A stretch of DNA of 39,053 bases from contig CAYOPA010000003.1 of the NCBI GenBank assembly GCA_964405625.1, forward strand, positions 1-39,053, written 5' to 3'. The position numbers and the translations under genes are program-made. This document shows positions 15,946-24,518 of the stretch, piece after piece. Position 1 is the stretch's first letter. The number at the start of each line of letters is the position of its first letter. The DNA is from an uncultured Bryobacterales bacterium (GTDB lineage: Bacteria; Acidobacteriota; Terriglobia; Bryobacterales; UBA6623). Below the pieces are notes generated by a model, which worked only from the letters and a program-made list of their open reading frames with translations, did no database searches and was not told the DNA's origin.

Positions 15946-18549
15946 ATGAGTGAGATGCAATCGTCCGACACTGCTCCGGCTCCGAAAATCAAACGTTGCC
16001 CGAAGTGCATGCAACCGGCGCAGCCCGGCGCGAAGTTTTGCGACTCGTGCGGCTCCGCCCATGATGCGCGGCCGGACGCCCCCGGCGACCCGCCGGTCGG
16101 TTCGGTCATCGGCGAGCGCTACGAGATGGGGCTGGCGCTCGGCGCGACGCCCTACGGCCGGGCCTACATCGCCTGGGACGAGGCCGCCTCGGAACCGCGC
16201 GTCCTGGTCGCTTCCCATGGCCCGCAGCAGTTCGCCTCGGAGCTGGCCGAACCCGCCGCCGCCGAGCAGACCGCCCGCTACTTCGCCGGCCGCAGCATCA
16301 CCACGACGCCCAAGGTCGAGGGCGCGGCCACGGCGATCGAGCTGCTTGTCGCCGGCGACCGCCTCATCAATGTTTTCGACGAGCCGTCGGGCCGGAGCCT
16401 CGTCAACGCCGACACGCTGCTGGACGCGCTGGAGTCCCGCAACGCCGTCCCGAAGGCCGAGGAGACCCGCGGAATCTTCGCACCGATCGCGCACGCCTTG
16501 CAGGGCGTCCACGCTACCGGCCGGACGCATGGCCGCGTCTCGCCGCACACCATCTACATTGGGGCGGGCGCTCCGGCGATGCTGCTGGACGTGCCGGCTA
16601 TTCAGGGCAATGACGACCCGCGCGCGGCCGCGCTGCTGGATGTCCCTTTCGCCGCTCCCGAGCTGCGCTCGGGCCAGCCCGCCACGCCCGCCTCGGACGT
16701 CTACTCGCTGGCCGCCACGATCCTGCGCGTAATGACCGCCCGTCCGCCGGGAACGCGTTCCAAGCACGAGATTGTCAGCGACGTACGGCAGGCCGGCGCC
16801 CCCCAGCCGGCGGGTGAAGTCCTGGCGCAAGCCCTGTCGCAGGGCCCCGGCGACCGCTTCGCCTCGGTGGAAGCCTTTTGGCAGGCCTACATGGCGGCGT
16901 TTGCGAAGAAGCCGGCCGCCGCTTGGCCCAAGCTCGTGGCGATGATCCTGTTGCTGTTGGGCGTGATCGCGGGCGGCGTCTACCTGGGGATAGAATTTGG
17001 GCCGAGCTTGCTGGCGATGCTGCAGGGCGGGCCGAAGATTGTGCTCGAGGGGCCGAAGGACCCGGTTCCCCTCGGTGGCGACGCGACAGTACGCTGGGAG
17101 GCGCCGGCGGATTCTCGAGTGACGATCGACGGGCTGGAAGTTGATCCCTCGGGCTCGACGATCGTCAGCGGCCTGGACGCCGACCGCGAAATCGCGCTCC
17201 AAGTCACGCTGGCCGACGGGTCGGTCGAGACGCGCAAGCTGCAACTGCGGGTCGCCGCTGAGGCGCCGCCGGGCCCTGCCGAAGCTGAAGCTGAAGCTTT
17301 GGAGATTACCTTCACCGCGCCGGACGAGCCCGCGCCGTATGGCGGCGCGGCCCGGCTGAGCTGGATCGTGCGCGGCGCTTCTTCGGTGACGCTCGACGGC
17401 AACCCGGTGGACCCGGCGGGCTCGTTCCTCGTTAGCGGGCTGTTGGCGGACGAGACGCACACCCTGGAGGCGGTGGCGGCGGACGGCTCGCGGCGGACGC
17501 GGCAGGCTTCCATCCGCGTGCAGCCGGGCGCGCCGCCGTCCACGGGCGGCGTGCGGCGCGACCCGGAGGAGAAGCGAATTCCGATCGCTCCGCCTCCACC
17601 GCCAGCCCGGCCCTTGGCGCTCTCGTTTGTGCCTTCCACGCTCAGCGTCCCCTTCGGCGGCGATGTCGAGCTGCGCTGGGAGGCCGTCAACGCCCGCTCG
17701 GTGACGCTCGACGGCAAGACCGCGCCGGTCAAGGGCTCGCAACAAGTCAGGGGCCTCGAAAAGGATCAGACATTCGTGTTGAGCGCCGTCGGCGTGGACG
17801 GCTCCCGCGAGGAGCGGCGGCTGGACATCCGCGTCAGCAAGCCCGGCGCTCCTTCGGTGACGGCTTTTGCCGCCGAGCCTGACAGCGTGCTCCCGGGCGC
17901 GACGACGACGCTGCGCTGGCAGGTTTCCGGCAACTTTACCTCGTTGTCCATCCAGCCCGGCGGCCCGGTCTCCGGCGCAACCGGCACGCGACAGGTTAAG
18001 CCGGCCGCCTCGACCGAATACACTCTGACCGCGACCGGCCCGGGCGGTTCCGTTTCGGCGAAAACGACCGTGCGGGTCCGCCAGCCGCCGCCGACAATTG
18101 TGAGCTTCAGCGCCACTCCGCCGACGGTCTCCTGCCAGGACGCCGCGCAACTGGAATGGAACGTTCGCGACGCCACCGACGTGAGCATCGACCCCGAGCC
18201 CGGCCGCGTGGGCGCTTCGGGCAGCGAACGCGTGCGTCCGGGACGCGATCGCACCTACACGCTCACCGCGCGCGGTCCCGGCGGCGTCACCTATAAGGAA
18301 GCGTCGGTGGCGGTGGCTTATAGCGGGCCGAAGTCCGGCACGATTCACATCAAGCGGCGGTTGCAGAGCGGATTGTCATTTGAGGTTCCGGGTTTTCCCT
18401 GCACTCCGGTGACCGTGTCCGTGACGGGGGATCCCCTCGAAATGGTCCAGCCGCCGACGCAACGCGGCAGCGACTGGGTGGCTTATTTTAAGAGCTCTCG
18501 CGCCGGAAACCGGGAAGTGGAGAGCGTAATCCGCTGGACGGTGCGGTAG
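15946..18549 (+). CDS. Zn-ribbon + Ser/Thr kinase-like (pseudokinase) + TM + five Ig-like repeats; membrane receptor (867 aa)
   Basis: CPKC...FCDSCG; IGERYEMGLALGATPYGRAYIAWD, HGRVSPHTIYI, LLDVP, FAAPE, SDVYSLA (Hanks fold, catalytic residues substituted); TM LVAMILLLLGVIAGGVYLGI; five G-x4-LxW...GS..V repeats. ATG 15946 preferred to GTG 15916. Confidence 0.85.
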   Translation: MSEMQSSDTAPAPKIKRCPKCMQPAQPGAKFCDSCGSAHDARPDAPGDPPVGSVIGERYEMGLALGATPYGRAYIAWDEAASEPRVLVASHGPQQFASELAEPAAAEQTARYFAGRSITTTPKVEGAATAIELLVAGDRLINVFDEPSGRSLVNADTLLDALESRNAVPKAEETRGIFAPIAHALQGVHATGRTHGRVSPHTIYIGAGAPAMLLDVPAIQGNDDPRAAALLDVPFAAPELRSGQPATPASDVYSLAATILRVMTARPPGTRSKHEIVSDVRQAGAPQPAGEVLAQALSQGPGDRFASVEAFWQAYMAAFAKKPAAAWPKLVAMILLLLGVIAGGVYLGIEFGPSLLAMLQGGPKIVLEGPKDPVPLGGDATVRWEAPADSRVTIDGLEVDPSGSTIVSGLDADREIALQVTLADGSVETRKLQLRVAAEAPPGPAEAEAEALEITFTAPDEPAPYGGAARLSWIVRGASSVTLDGNPVDPAGSFLVSGLLADETHTLEAVAADGSRRTRQASIRVQPGAPPSTGGVRRDPEEKRIPIAPPPPPARPLALSFVPSTLSVPFGGDVELRWEAVNARSVTLDGKTAPVKGSQQVRGLEKDQTFVLSAVGVDGSREERRLDIRVSKPGAPSVTAFAAEPDSVLPGATTTLRWQVSGNFTSLSIQPGGPVSGATGTRQVKPAASTEYTLTATGPGGSVSAKTTVRVRQPPPTIVSFSATPPTVSCQDAAQLEWNVRDATDVSIDPEPGRVGASGSERVRPGRDRTYTLTARGPGGVTYKEASVAVAYSGPKSGTIHIKRRLQSGLSFEVPGFPCTPVTVSVTGDPLEMVQPPTQRGSDWVAYFKSSRAGNREVESVIRWTVR

Positions 18550-18559
18550 TATACGCCTG

Positions 18560-19810
18560 ATGCGCGCAGCAATTCTCACGCTGTTCCTTCCGGTCCTGCT
18601 CGTCGGGGCCGAGCTCCCTCTGGTCCAGCCGAACGATGTGGGCCTATCCACCGAGCGGCTGGAGCGGATCACCGCCGCCATGAAGGATGATGTGGAGGCC
18701 GGGCGCCTGCCGGGAGCAATCGGCCTGGTGGCCCGCCGCGGGAGCATCGCCTACTTCGAAACGGTCGGCAAGTCCGACATGGAGCAGCGGCGCGCGATGA
18801 CGCCGGACACGCTCTTCCGCATCTATTCGATGTCCAAGCCCATCACCAGCGTCGCGCTGATGATGCTGCATGAAGAGGGCAAGTTCCGGCTGACCGATCG
18901 CGTGGACCGCTATATCCCCGAGCTGCGCGACCTGCCGGTGGCCGAGGAGAACGTTTTCTACCCCGCCGACCCGGAAAACATCAACCGCCTCATGGCGCGC
19001 CGCCCGATGACCGTGCAAGATCTGATGCGGCACACCTCCGGCATGGCTTACGGCTTCAACGGCGACACGGCTGTGGACCGGCTATACCGAGACCACAAGG
19101 TCGTCGATTGGGACTCGCCGCTAACCACCATGATCGACCGTCTTGCCAAGCTGCCGCTGCTCTATCATCCGGGCGAAAAATGGCACTACAGCATCGCGGT
19201 GGACGTGCAGAGCCGTCTGGTGGAGGTCCTTTCGGGGATGAAGTTCGACCGCTACCTGCGCGAGCGGATTTTCGAGCCGCTGGGGATGGTTGATACGGCG
19301 TTTTACGCGCCCAAGGAGAAGCACGACCGCTTCGCGCAGATTTACGGGCTGGAGGACGGCAAGCTGAGCGTCTCCGAGCCCGACCAGTCCGACCGCTTCA
19401 AAGCGCCGCCGGCCTGGCACTCGGGCGGAGGCGGCCTTGTGTCGAGCGCGATGGATTATTTTCGCTTCTGCCAGATGCTGCTCAACGGCGGCGAGCTCGA
19501 CGGCGAGCGCCTGCTGAGCCGTAAGACAGTCGAGCTGATGACGCGCGACCACTTGGCGCACGCCGACCCGGACCGCGCCCGTACGACGGGGTACGGCTTC
19601 GGGTTGAATTTCGCTGTGCACGTGGACCCGTCGGTGAGCGGTTCGGCGGCGTCAGTCGGCGAGTACAATTGGGGCGGCGCGGCCGGCACCAAGTTTTGGA
19701 TTGACCCGGTCGAGGAGATGATCGGTATTTACATGATCCAGATCCGGCCTGGCGGCGGAGCCTTCGGCCAGACGTTCAAGGAATTGGCGTACCAAGCGAT
19801 CGCCGACTGA
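18560..19810 (+). CDS. Serine hydrolase, beta-lactamase class C / AmpC-like family
   Basis: FRIYSMSKPIT (SxxK), LMRHTSG, PGEKWHYS, GGGGLVS, WGGAAGTKFWIDP; signal peptide. Confidence 0.93.
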   Translation: MRAAILTLFLPVLLVGAELPLVQPNDVGLSTERLERITAAMKDDVEAGRLPGAIGLVARRGSIAYFETVGKSDMEQRRAMTPDTLFRIYSMSKPITSVALMMLHEEGKFRLTDRVDRYIPELRDLPVAEENVFYPADPENINRLMARRPMTVQDLMRHTSGMAYGFNGDTAVDRLYRDHKVVDWDSPLTTMIDRLAKLPLLYHPGEKWHYSIAVDVQSRLVEVLSGMKFDRYLRERIFEPLGMVDTAFYAPKEKHDRFAQIYGLEDGKLSVSEPDQSDRFKAPPAWHSGGGGLVSSAMDYFRFCQMLLNGGELDGERLLSRKTVELMTRDHLAHADPDRARTTGYGFGLNFAVHVDPSVSGSAASVGEYNWGGAAGTKFWIDPVEEMIGIYMIQIRPGGGAFGQTFKELAYQAIAD

Positions 19811-19832
19811 GGTCTATCGGGGCGGGCCGCCC

Positions 19833-19945
19833 GTGGCGCGGGCTTTAATGAAGCCCGCAGCGTCGGCTTTCGAGCCGACCTTCCGAGTAAGTTGCGCGGG
19901 CCTCGAACTGGGGGTCGAGGCGGCAGGCGTGGGCGCCTGCGCCAC
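19833..19945. repeat. REP/REPIN-like palindromic element between convergent genes
   Basis: GTGGCGCGGGCTTTAATGAAGCCCGC hairpin, then GTCGGCTTTCGAGCCGAC hairpin, and at the other end an inverted GTGGCGCAGGCGCCCACGCCTGC (minus strand). Both ends start GTGGCGC. Confidence 0.65.
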
Positions 19946-19954
19946 CATCTCGTC

Positions 19955-21283
19955 TCACTCCATCCCCGGCGCCCCCTCCATCACGTCCTCTTCCCAAGCC
20001 ACCCAGCGCGCGCGCATCGCCTCCAGCCTCTCCGGCTCGGCCGCCGCCAGATCGTTCCGCTCCCCGATATCCTCGCTGAGCCGGAACAGATGCTCTTTCT
20101 CCTCCGGATCGAGCAGATACTTCCAGCCGTCCTCCACCAGGGCCCGTTGCACCGGCCCGCGCGGGTTCTGATAGCGGAAATACAGCGGCCGGCGCGGCAA
20201 GGCGCCGTCGCCTTCGATCACCGGCAGCAGGCTCACGCCGTCCAGCGGGCGGTAGTCCGGGGCGGGGACTCCAGCCAGATCGAGCGCGGTTGTGAACAGG
20301 TCCATCGCGATGGCGGGCTCATCCACGACCTTGCCCTTGGGGAAGCGGCCGGGAAACCACGCCAGCAGAGTCGAGCGGATACCGCCCTCCCAGAGCTCGG
20401 TCTTGAAGCCGGAAAACGGCGCGTTGCGGGCGACAATCGGCATGCCGCCGTTGTCGCTCATGAAGAAGACGGCGGTGTTGTCGTCCAGTCCCTGATTCTT
20501 GATGCTCGCGATGACTTCGCCGATTTGCGAGTCGAGCGCTTCCACCATCTCCACGTATTTTTTCCGTGTGCGCCAGGTCTGCCGCGTCAACACTTGGTCG
20601 CCCGCGAAATCTTTGTCGCCCGGTCCTTGGAACGGATCGTGCGGCGCGTTGAAGGGCAGATAGAGCAGGAACGGCTGGTCCTTGTGGCGGGCGATGAACT
20701 CAATCGCTTCGGCGGCGATGATCTCGGTCATGTAGCGGTCGTCGGTAATCGGCTCCTCGCCGCGCCACAGGTCCGGGTTGTCCAGTCGGTCGCGGTGGGA
20801 GAAGTAGTCGATGTTGCCCGCCACGAAGCCGGTAAAGGCCTCAAAGCCGAACCGCGTGGGAAAGCGGTCCTTGGGATAGCCGAGGTGCCACTTGCCGAAG
20901 ATGCCGGTGATGTAGCCGGCGTCCAGCAGATACGACGGCAGCAGCCGCACGCCGGGGTCGAGGCCCAGATTCCGTTCGGAGACGTAGATGACGCGATCGA
21001 CGCCGGTGCGTTGCTGGTACATGCCCGACAGCAGCGCCGCGCGCGTCGGGCTGCACACCGGAGCGTTGGCGTAGGCGTGGCTGAAGCGGACGCCTTGCTC
21101 GGCCATCAGATCTAGGTAAGGCGTGCGAATGTCCGGCGCGCCGGTCACGCCCAGATCGCCGTAACCGAGGTCGTCGGCCAAGATGATCACGATGTTCGGC
21201 GGACGGGTCGGCTCTTCGGCGGGCGGCCCTGAACCGCAGGCGCCCAATCCCAACGCCAAGCCAATCAGTAAAAACGACCGCAT
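19955..21283 (-). CDS. Sulfatase (formylglycine-dependent, arylsulfatase A-like), probable lipoprotein
   Basis: PNIVIILADDLGYGD, CSPTRAALLSG (CxPxR), GKWHLG, APHDP, SDNG; lipobox LGAC. Confidence 0.95.
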   Translation of the reverse strand: MRSFLLIGLALGLGACGSGPPAEEPTRPPNIVIILADDLGYGDLGVTGAPDIRTPYLDLMAEQGVRFSHAYANAPVCSPTRAALLSGMYQQRTGVDRVIYVSERNLGLDPGVRLLPSYLLDAGYITGIFGKWHLGYPKDRFPTRFGFEAFTGFVAGNIDYFSHRDRLDNPDLWRGEEPITDDRYMTEIIAAEAIEFIARHKDQPFLLYLPFNAPHDPFQGPGDKDFAGDQVLTRQTWRTRKKYVEMVEALDSQIGEVIASIKNQGLDDNTAVFFMSDNGGMPIVARNAPFSGFKTELWEGGIRSTLLAWFPGRFPKGKVVDEPAIAMDLFTTALDLAGVPAPDYRPLDGVSLLPVIEGDGALPRRPLYFRYQNPRGPVQRALVEDGWKYLLDPEEKEHLFRLSEDIGERNDLAAAEPERLEAMRARWVAWEEDVMEGAPGME

Positions 21284-21290
21284 GGGGACG

Positions 21291-21296
21291 ATTATA
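21291..21296 (-). promoter_or_regulatory. -10 box TATAAT 7 nt upstream of the sulfatase ATG (leaderless-type promoter)
   Basis: Minus strand reads TATAAT-CGTCCCC-ATG; no SD; the hexamer contains the TAA stop of the EamA gene. Confidence 0.6.
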
Positions 21297-22176
21297 CGGT
21301 CGATTGCCTGCGCATCTCACTCCAGGCAAGACCGGCCAGGATCAGCCCGCCGCCCAACAAGGTGTTCGGCCCGACCGTTTCGCCTGCAATTAAGACCCCA
21401 GCCAGCGTCCCCATAAAGGGCTGCAGGAAAAGGCTCAGCGCCACCTTCTGCACCGGCGCCCGCTTGAGCAGCCAGAACCAGACGCTGTACGAGAATACCG
21501 ACGCGCCCACGCCGAGGAACGCGATCGAGGCCCAGGCGGTCAGGCTCACGCCGGAGAGATCGAACCCGCTCCACAGACCGGAGTAAGCGACGCCCGACGC
21601 CAGGAACCCCGCGGTCTTCAGCAGCCCCATCGTCACCACCGGATCATGGGTCCTGACCAGCCGCGCGCCGTTGATGGTGACGCTGATCTCCAAAAGCATC
21701 GAGGTCAGGAAGAGGCCGTTGCCGAAGAGCCGCTCGCCCGCCTGCCCCTCAATGCTCCAGCCGACACCGGAAAGGACAAGCGCGCCGGTTAGGCTCATCG
21801 CTCCGGCCGCCCAGGTTCGCGAGGAAAGCGTCTCGCCGAGGAAAACGGCGGCAAAAACCATCGTCAGCAGCGGCTCGAGCGCCACCAGGATGGCCATGTC
21901 CATCGCCTGCGTGCTCTGGGCCGCGCTGACCTGCAACGTCGGCGCGACGCCGAAGTTCAACGCCCCCAGCAAGCCGATCAAAGCCCAGTCGCGGCCGGAG
22001 TAGCGCGGCCTGCCCTTGCGCAGGATCAGCGGCAGAAACAGCAGCGCCGCCAAGCCATAGCGCAGGGTGACGACGGCGCCCACGGGCATCTCCGCCCCGG
22101 CGAGCTTCATCGCCACGTAGCTGCCGGCCCAGACCGACTGCGCCGCCACCAGCCAGAGCCACAGACGAGCGCTCAA
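21292..22176 (-). CDS. DMT/EamA family transporter
   Basis: About 10 hydrophobic helices in two EamA repeats (LRYGLAALLF, LEPLLTMVFAAVFLGE, FLQPFMGTLAGVLIAGE); TTG start preceded by GGGAGGA. Confidence 0.92.
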   Translation of the reverse strand: MSARLWLWLVAAQSVWAGSYVAMKLAGAEMPVGAVVTLRYGLAALLFLPLILRKGRPRYSGRDWALIGLLGALNFGVAPTLQVSAAQSTQAMDMAILVALEPLLTMVFAAVFLGETLSSRTWAAGAMSLTGALVLSGVGWSIEGQAGERLFGNGLFLTSMLLEISVTINGARLVRTHDPVVTMGLLKTAGFLASGVAYSGLWSGFDLSGVSLTAWASIAFLGVGASVFSYSVWFWLLKRAPVQKVALSLFLQPFMGTLAGVLIAGETVGPNTLLGGGLILAGLAWSEMRRQSTV

Positions 22177-22191
22177 TCCTCCCAGTGTCGC

Positions 22192-23091
22192 TCAGGCGCG
22201 AAACGGGTAGACGCTCAGCGCGGTCTTGCCCAGAATCCACTCCTTGTCCTCGGCGGTGAAGAACGGGATCAAGTCCTGCATGATCACCAGCTCGTAGAAG
22301 TTGGCGTAGATCATCCGCTTGGCGCCAAAACGGTCGTAGATGCGCCGCAGGTAGGGCCACATGTCGCGGTAGGGAGGCTTTTCCCTCGAAGGGTTGTGCA
22401 GCGAGGTGCGGATGTAGACGTTGGGATGCTTGTCGAGGTCAAGCAGCGGGTTGATGCCTTCCGAGTCCGGCCGCGTGATGTCGATCATCGCGATATGGTC
22501 GACCACGACCTTGACCCCCGGAAAGCGCCTCGCCATGTCGCCGACCTGCCCGATCTGATGCGGCGACAGGAAGATATTGAACACCGCCCCGAGCTCTTCG
22601 GCCTTCTTCCAAAGCGGGTAGCTGACCGGATCGTTGAGCCAGACCACATCCGGGTCATACCGAGGGCTCAGACGCAGCCCCGCCAGATACTCTTCCTTCA
22701 TCAGCCGCTCCAGCCGGGCAGGATTTTCCGGATCGTCGGGCCGGTGGAGCCGGTGGCCGACAAGCAGCCCGATGCCGGCGAATTTGTCCGGGAAGGTACG
22801 GACGCAGTAGCTGGTATAGGAGTTATTGGTTCCGTAGTAGCAGACGTGGCTGATGACGACCTTGTCGATGCCGTGGGTGTTCATCTCCGCCAGCAGATGC
22901 TCGCGGGAGTAGTCGCGGTCCGGGATCGAATTGGGGCAGTTCGCTCGGCTGGGGTCTGGAGCGAAGCGCGGGTCGTGGATGACCCAGGCGTGCTCGGCGG
23001 CGTTGACGATCGGCGATCGATCAGCGGCGCGGGAAGGGGAACCGAGCAGAGCGCCCGTTCCGGCGAGTTGGAGGCATTGGCGTCGAGTCAT
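22192..23091 (-). CDS. Amidohydrolase_2 family protein (lactonase-like) with Tat signal (299 aa)
   Basis: Start reassigned to MTRRQCLQLAG (Tat). GIDKVVI, GLRLSP, LWKKAEELG, VVVDHIA, HPNVYIRTS, FGAKRMIY, WILGKTA follow the family pattern; TACAAT at 23106-23111 upstream. Confidence 0.82.
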   Translation of the reverse strand: MTRRQCLQLAGTGALLGSPSRAADRSPIVNAAEHAWVIHDPRFAPDPSRANCPNSIPDRDYSREHLLAEMNTHGIDKVVISHVCYYGTNNSYTSYCVRTFPDKFAGIGLLVGHRLHRPDDPENPARLERLMKEEYLAGLRLSPRYDPDVVWLNDPVSYPLWKKAEELGAVFNIFLSPHQIGQVGDMARRFPGVKVVVDHIAMIDITRPDSEGINPLLDLDKHPNVYIRTSLHNPSREKPPYRDMWPYLRRIYDRFGAKRMIYANFYELVIMQDLIPFFTAEDKEWILGKTALSVYPFRA

Positions 23092-23168
23092 GGCCGGCGA
23101 CTCGGATTGTACGCCATTGAGCCCTTGGCTGGAGCTTCCGCCTTTCGTGCGGCTGGTTCCGGGCGACC

Positions 23169-23215
23169 GCAGCGCGGACTTTTGCAAAGCCCGCAGGGTC
23201 GGCTCTCGAGCCGAC
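23169..23215. repeat. Second copy of the double-hairpin REP-like element
   Basis: 38/47 identical by hand alignment to 19833-19879; intergenic, just past the DHDPS-family stop. Confidence 0.75.
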
Positions 23216-23220
23216 ATTCT

Positions 23221-24129
23221 TCAGACCGTGCCGGCAGCTTCGACCCTTTCCAGCCAGCCCGGCAGCCACGCCCGCAGCGCATCGAGCTCTCGTTCCCGCT
23301 CTTCGCCGGGCGGGAAAGCCAGCCGCGCCGGAAACAACCCGCGCACTTCGGCGATCACCTTCAGCGCCCAGGGGTACGGCAGCTTCTCCATCCGGGCCAA
23401 AGCCTCGCGGAATAGCGCCGCGGCTGCGTCAAACCCCTCCTTGTCGCCGAAGGCGTGCGTCCCAAAAAGCGCCACCGTAGCCTCGGGCACAACTCCCGTC
23501 GGACCCGAGATCACGGCGTCGATCAGGTCCCGCTCGATCGCTTCGACCAAGACCTTGTCATGCCCCAAAATCCGGCAGGCGCCGAGCTCGGGCCGGGCGG
23601 TCAGCATCTCCAGGGCGTCCAGACGGCCGCTGGAGTCCTTGACGCCGATGATGTTCGGCACGGTCTCGATGAGCCGGACGATTACTTCGGCCTCGATCGG
23701 CGAGGTAAAGGCGGCTAGGTTGTAGATTAGGACGGGGCCGGGGATACGGGCGGCCGCGGCGCGGTAGAAGTCCTCGAGATCGCACTGCTCGTAGCGGTAG
23801 AAGTGCGGCGGCGGAAGCAGCACGGCGTCGGCGTCGGTTCGCGCCGCGTGGGCGGCGAGCGCAACGCTGTCGTCCAGCCGTACGGCGCCGATGCAGGCGA
23901 TCAGCTTGGCTTGGCCGTCGATCACTTTGGCGGCTCTCTCGAGCAACGATTTGCGCCGCACCGGGCTCAGGTCGGCGTATTCGCCGGTGCCGCCCGCTAT
24001 CACGAAGCCGGTCACGCCCTTGAGCAGGCCATGCCGGATGTTGTTTTCCAGCCCTTCCAGAAACAGCTCGCCGGCGGGGTGGCGCGGAGTCAAAACGGCG
24101 GCCAATGGCCCTTTGAATGGATGTTGCAT
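23221..24129 (-). CDS. Dihydrodipicolinate synthase / class I aldolase family protein
   Basis: AVLTP, AGGTGEY, ADAVLLPPPHFY, LIYN, IIGVKDSSG (Schiff-base Lys). Start 24129 chosen for the upstream GAGGA; 24147 is the alternative. Confidence 0.9.
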   Translation of the reverse strand: MQHPFKGPLAAVLTPRHPAGELFLEGLENNIRHGLLKGVTGFVIAGGTGEYADLSPVRRKSLLERAAKVIDGQAKLIACIGAVRLDDSVALAAHAARTDADAVLLPPPHFYRYEQCDLEDFYRAAAARIPGPVLIYNLAAFTSPIEAEVIVRLIETVPNIIGVKDSSGRLDALEMLTARPELGACRILGHDKVLVEAIERDLIDAVISGPTGVVPEATVALFGTHAFGDKEGFDAAAALFREALARMEKLPYPWALKVIAEVRGLFPARLAFPPGEERERELDALRAWLPGWLERVEAAGTV

Positions 24130-24518
24130 GACAGTGGGGTTCCTCATTGTGGAGTGGCGCGGCAGCCGCTCGCAAGGACCGTAATGGTTTGCGCCGGAAA
24201 TATTGACACTGAGCAACTCCGTTCGAATCGGTTTACCACGCCGGGGCGTTGCGCCCTAGCCGCCACGGAATCCCAGCTATTTCGATCAGGCCCATTCGCC
24301 GCTGAGAACGGAGCGGTCCGCGTCGGAACCACTGGCGCGGCGAAGTCCTCCATGCCCTCGAAGGTGATTGCGTCGAATTGCCGTGGAATCGGCGGTTGGC
24401 GGGGGCCTCAGAGGGGGGCGGGAAAACCCCGCCCGCTCGCTTTTCGAAATTCGGACATTTGTCGGACACGCCCTTTCTGAGCAACTTTCGGCTTTGGCCT
24501 AAAGTTGTTGAAAAGACG

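Noticed and set aside
17281-17298. (GAAGCT)x3 tandem repeat as a phase-variation tract
   Set aside because: In-frame 6-mer encoding an EAEAEA linker; too short, and slippage would not shift the frame.
15931-18348. 805-aa antisense ORF (and similar long antisense ORFs at 1330-2607, 7846-9045, 13714-14883, 19892-21115)
   Set aside because: Antisense shadows of real genes, expected at high GC3; no recognisable motifs.
18560-19810. Antibiotic-resistance beta-lactamase, or a member of the vWA/tubulin system
   Set aside because: Generic serine-hydrolase family motifs only; it appears to have its own leaderless promoter.
23092-23217. N-terminal extension of the amidohydrolase
   Set aside because: Runs through the REP-like repeat and a TACAAT box; the Tat motif begins at 23091.
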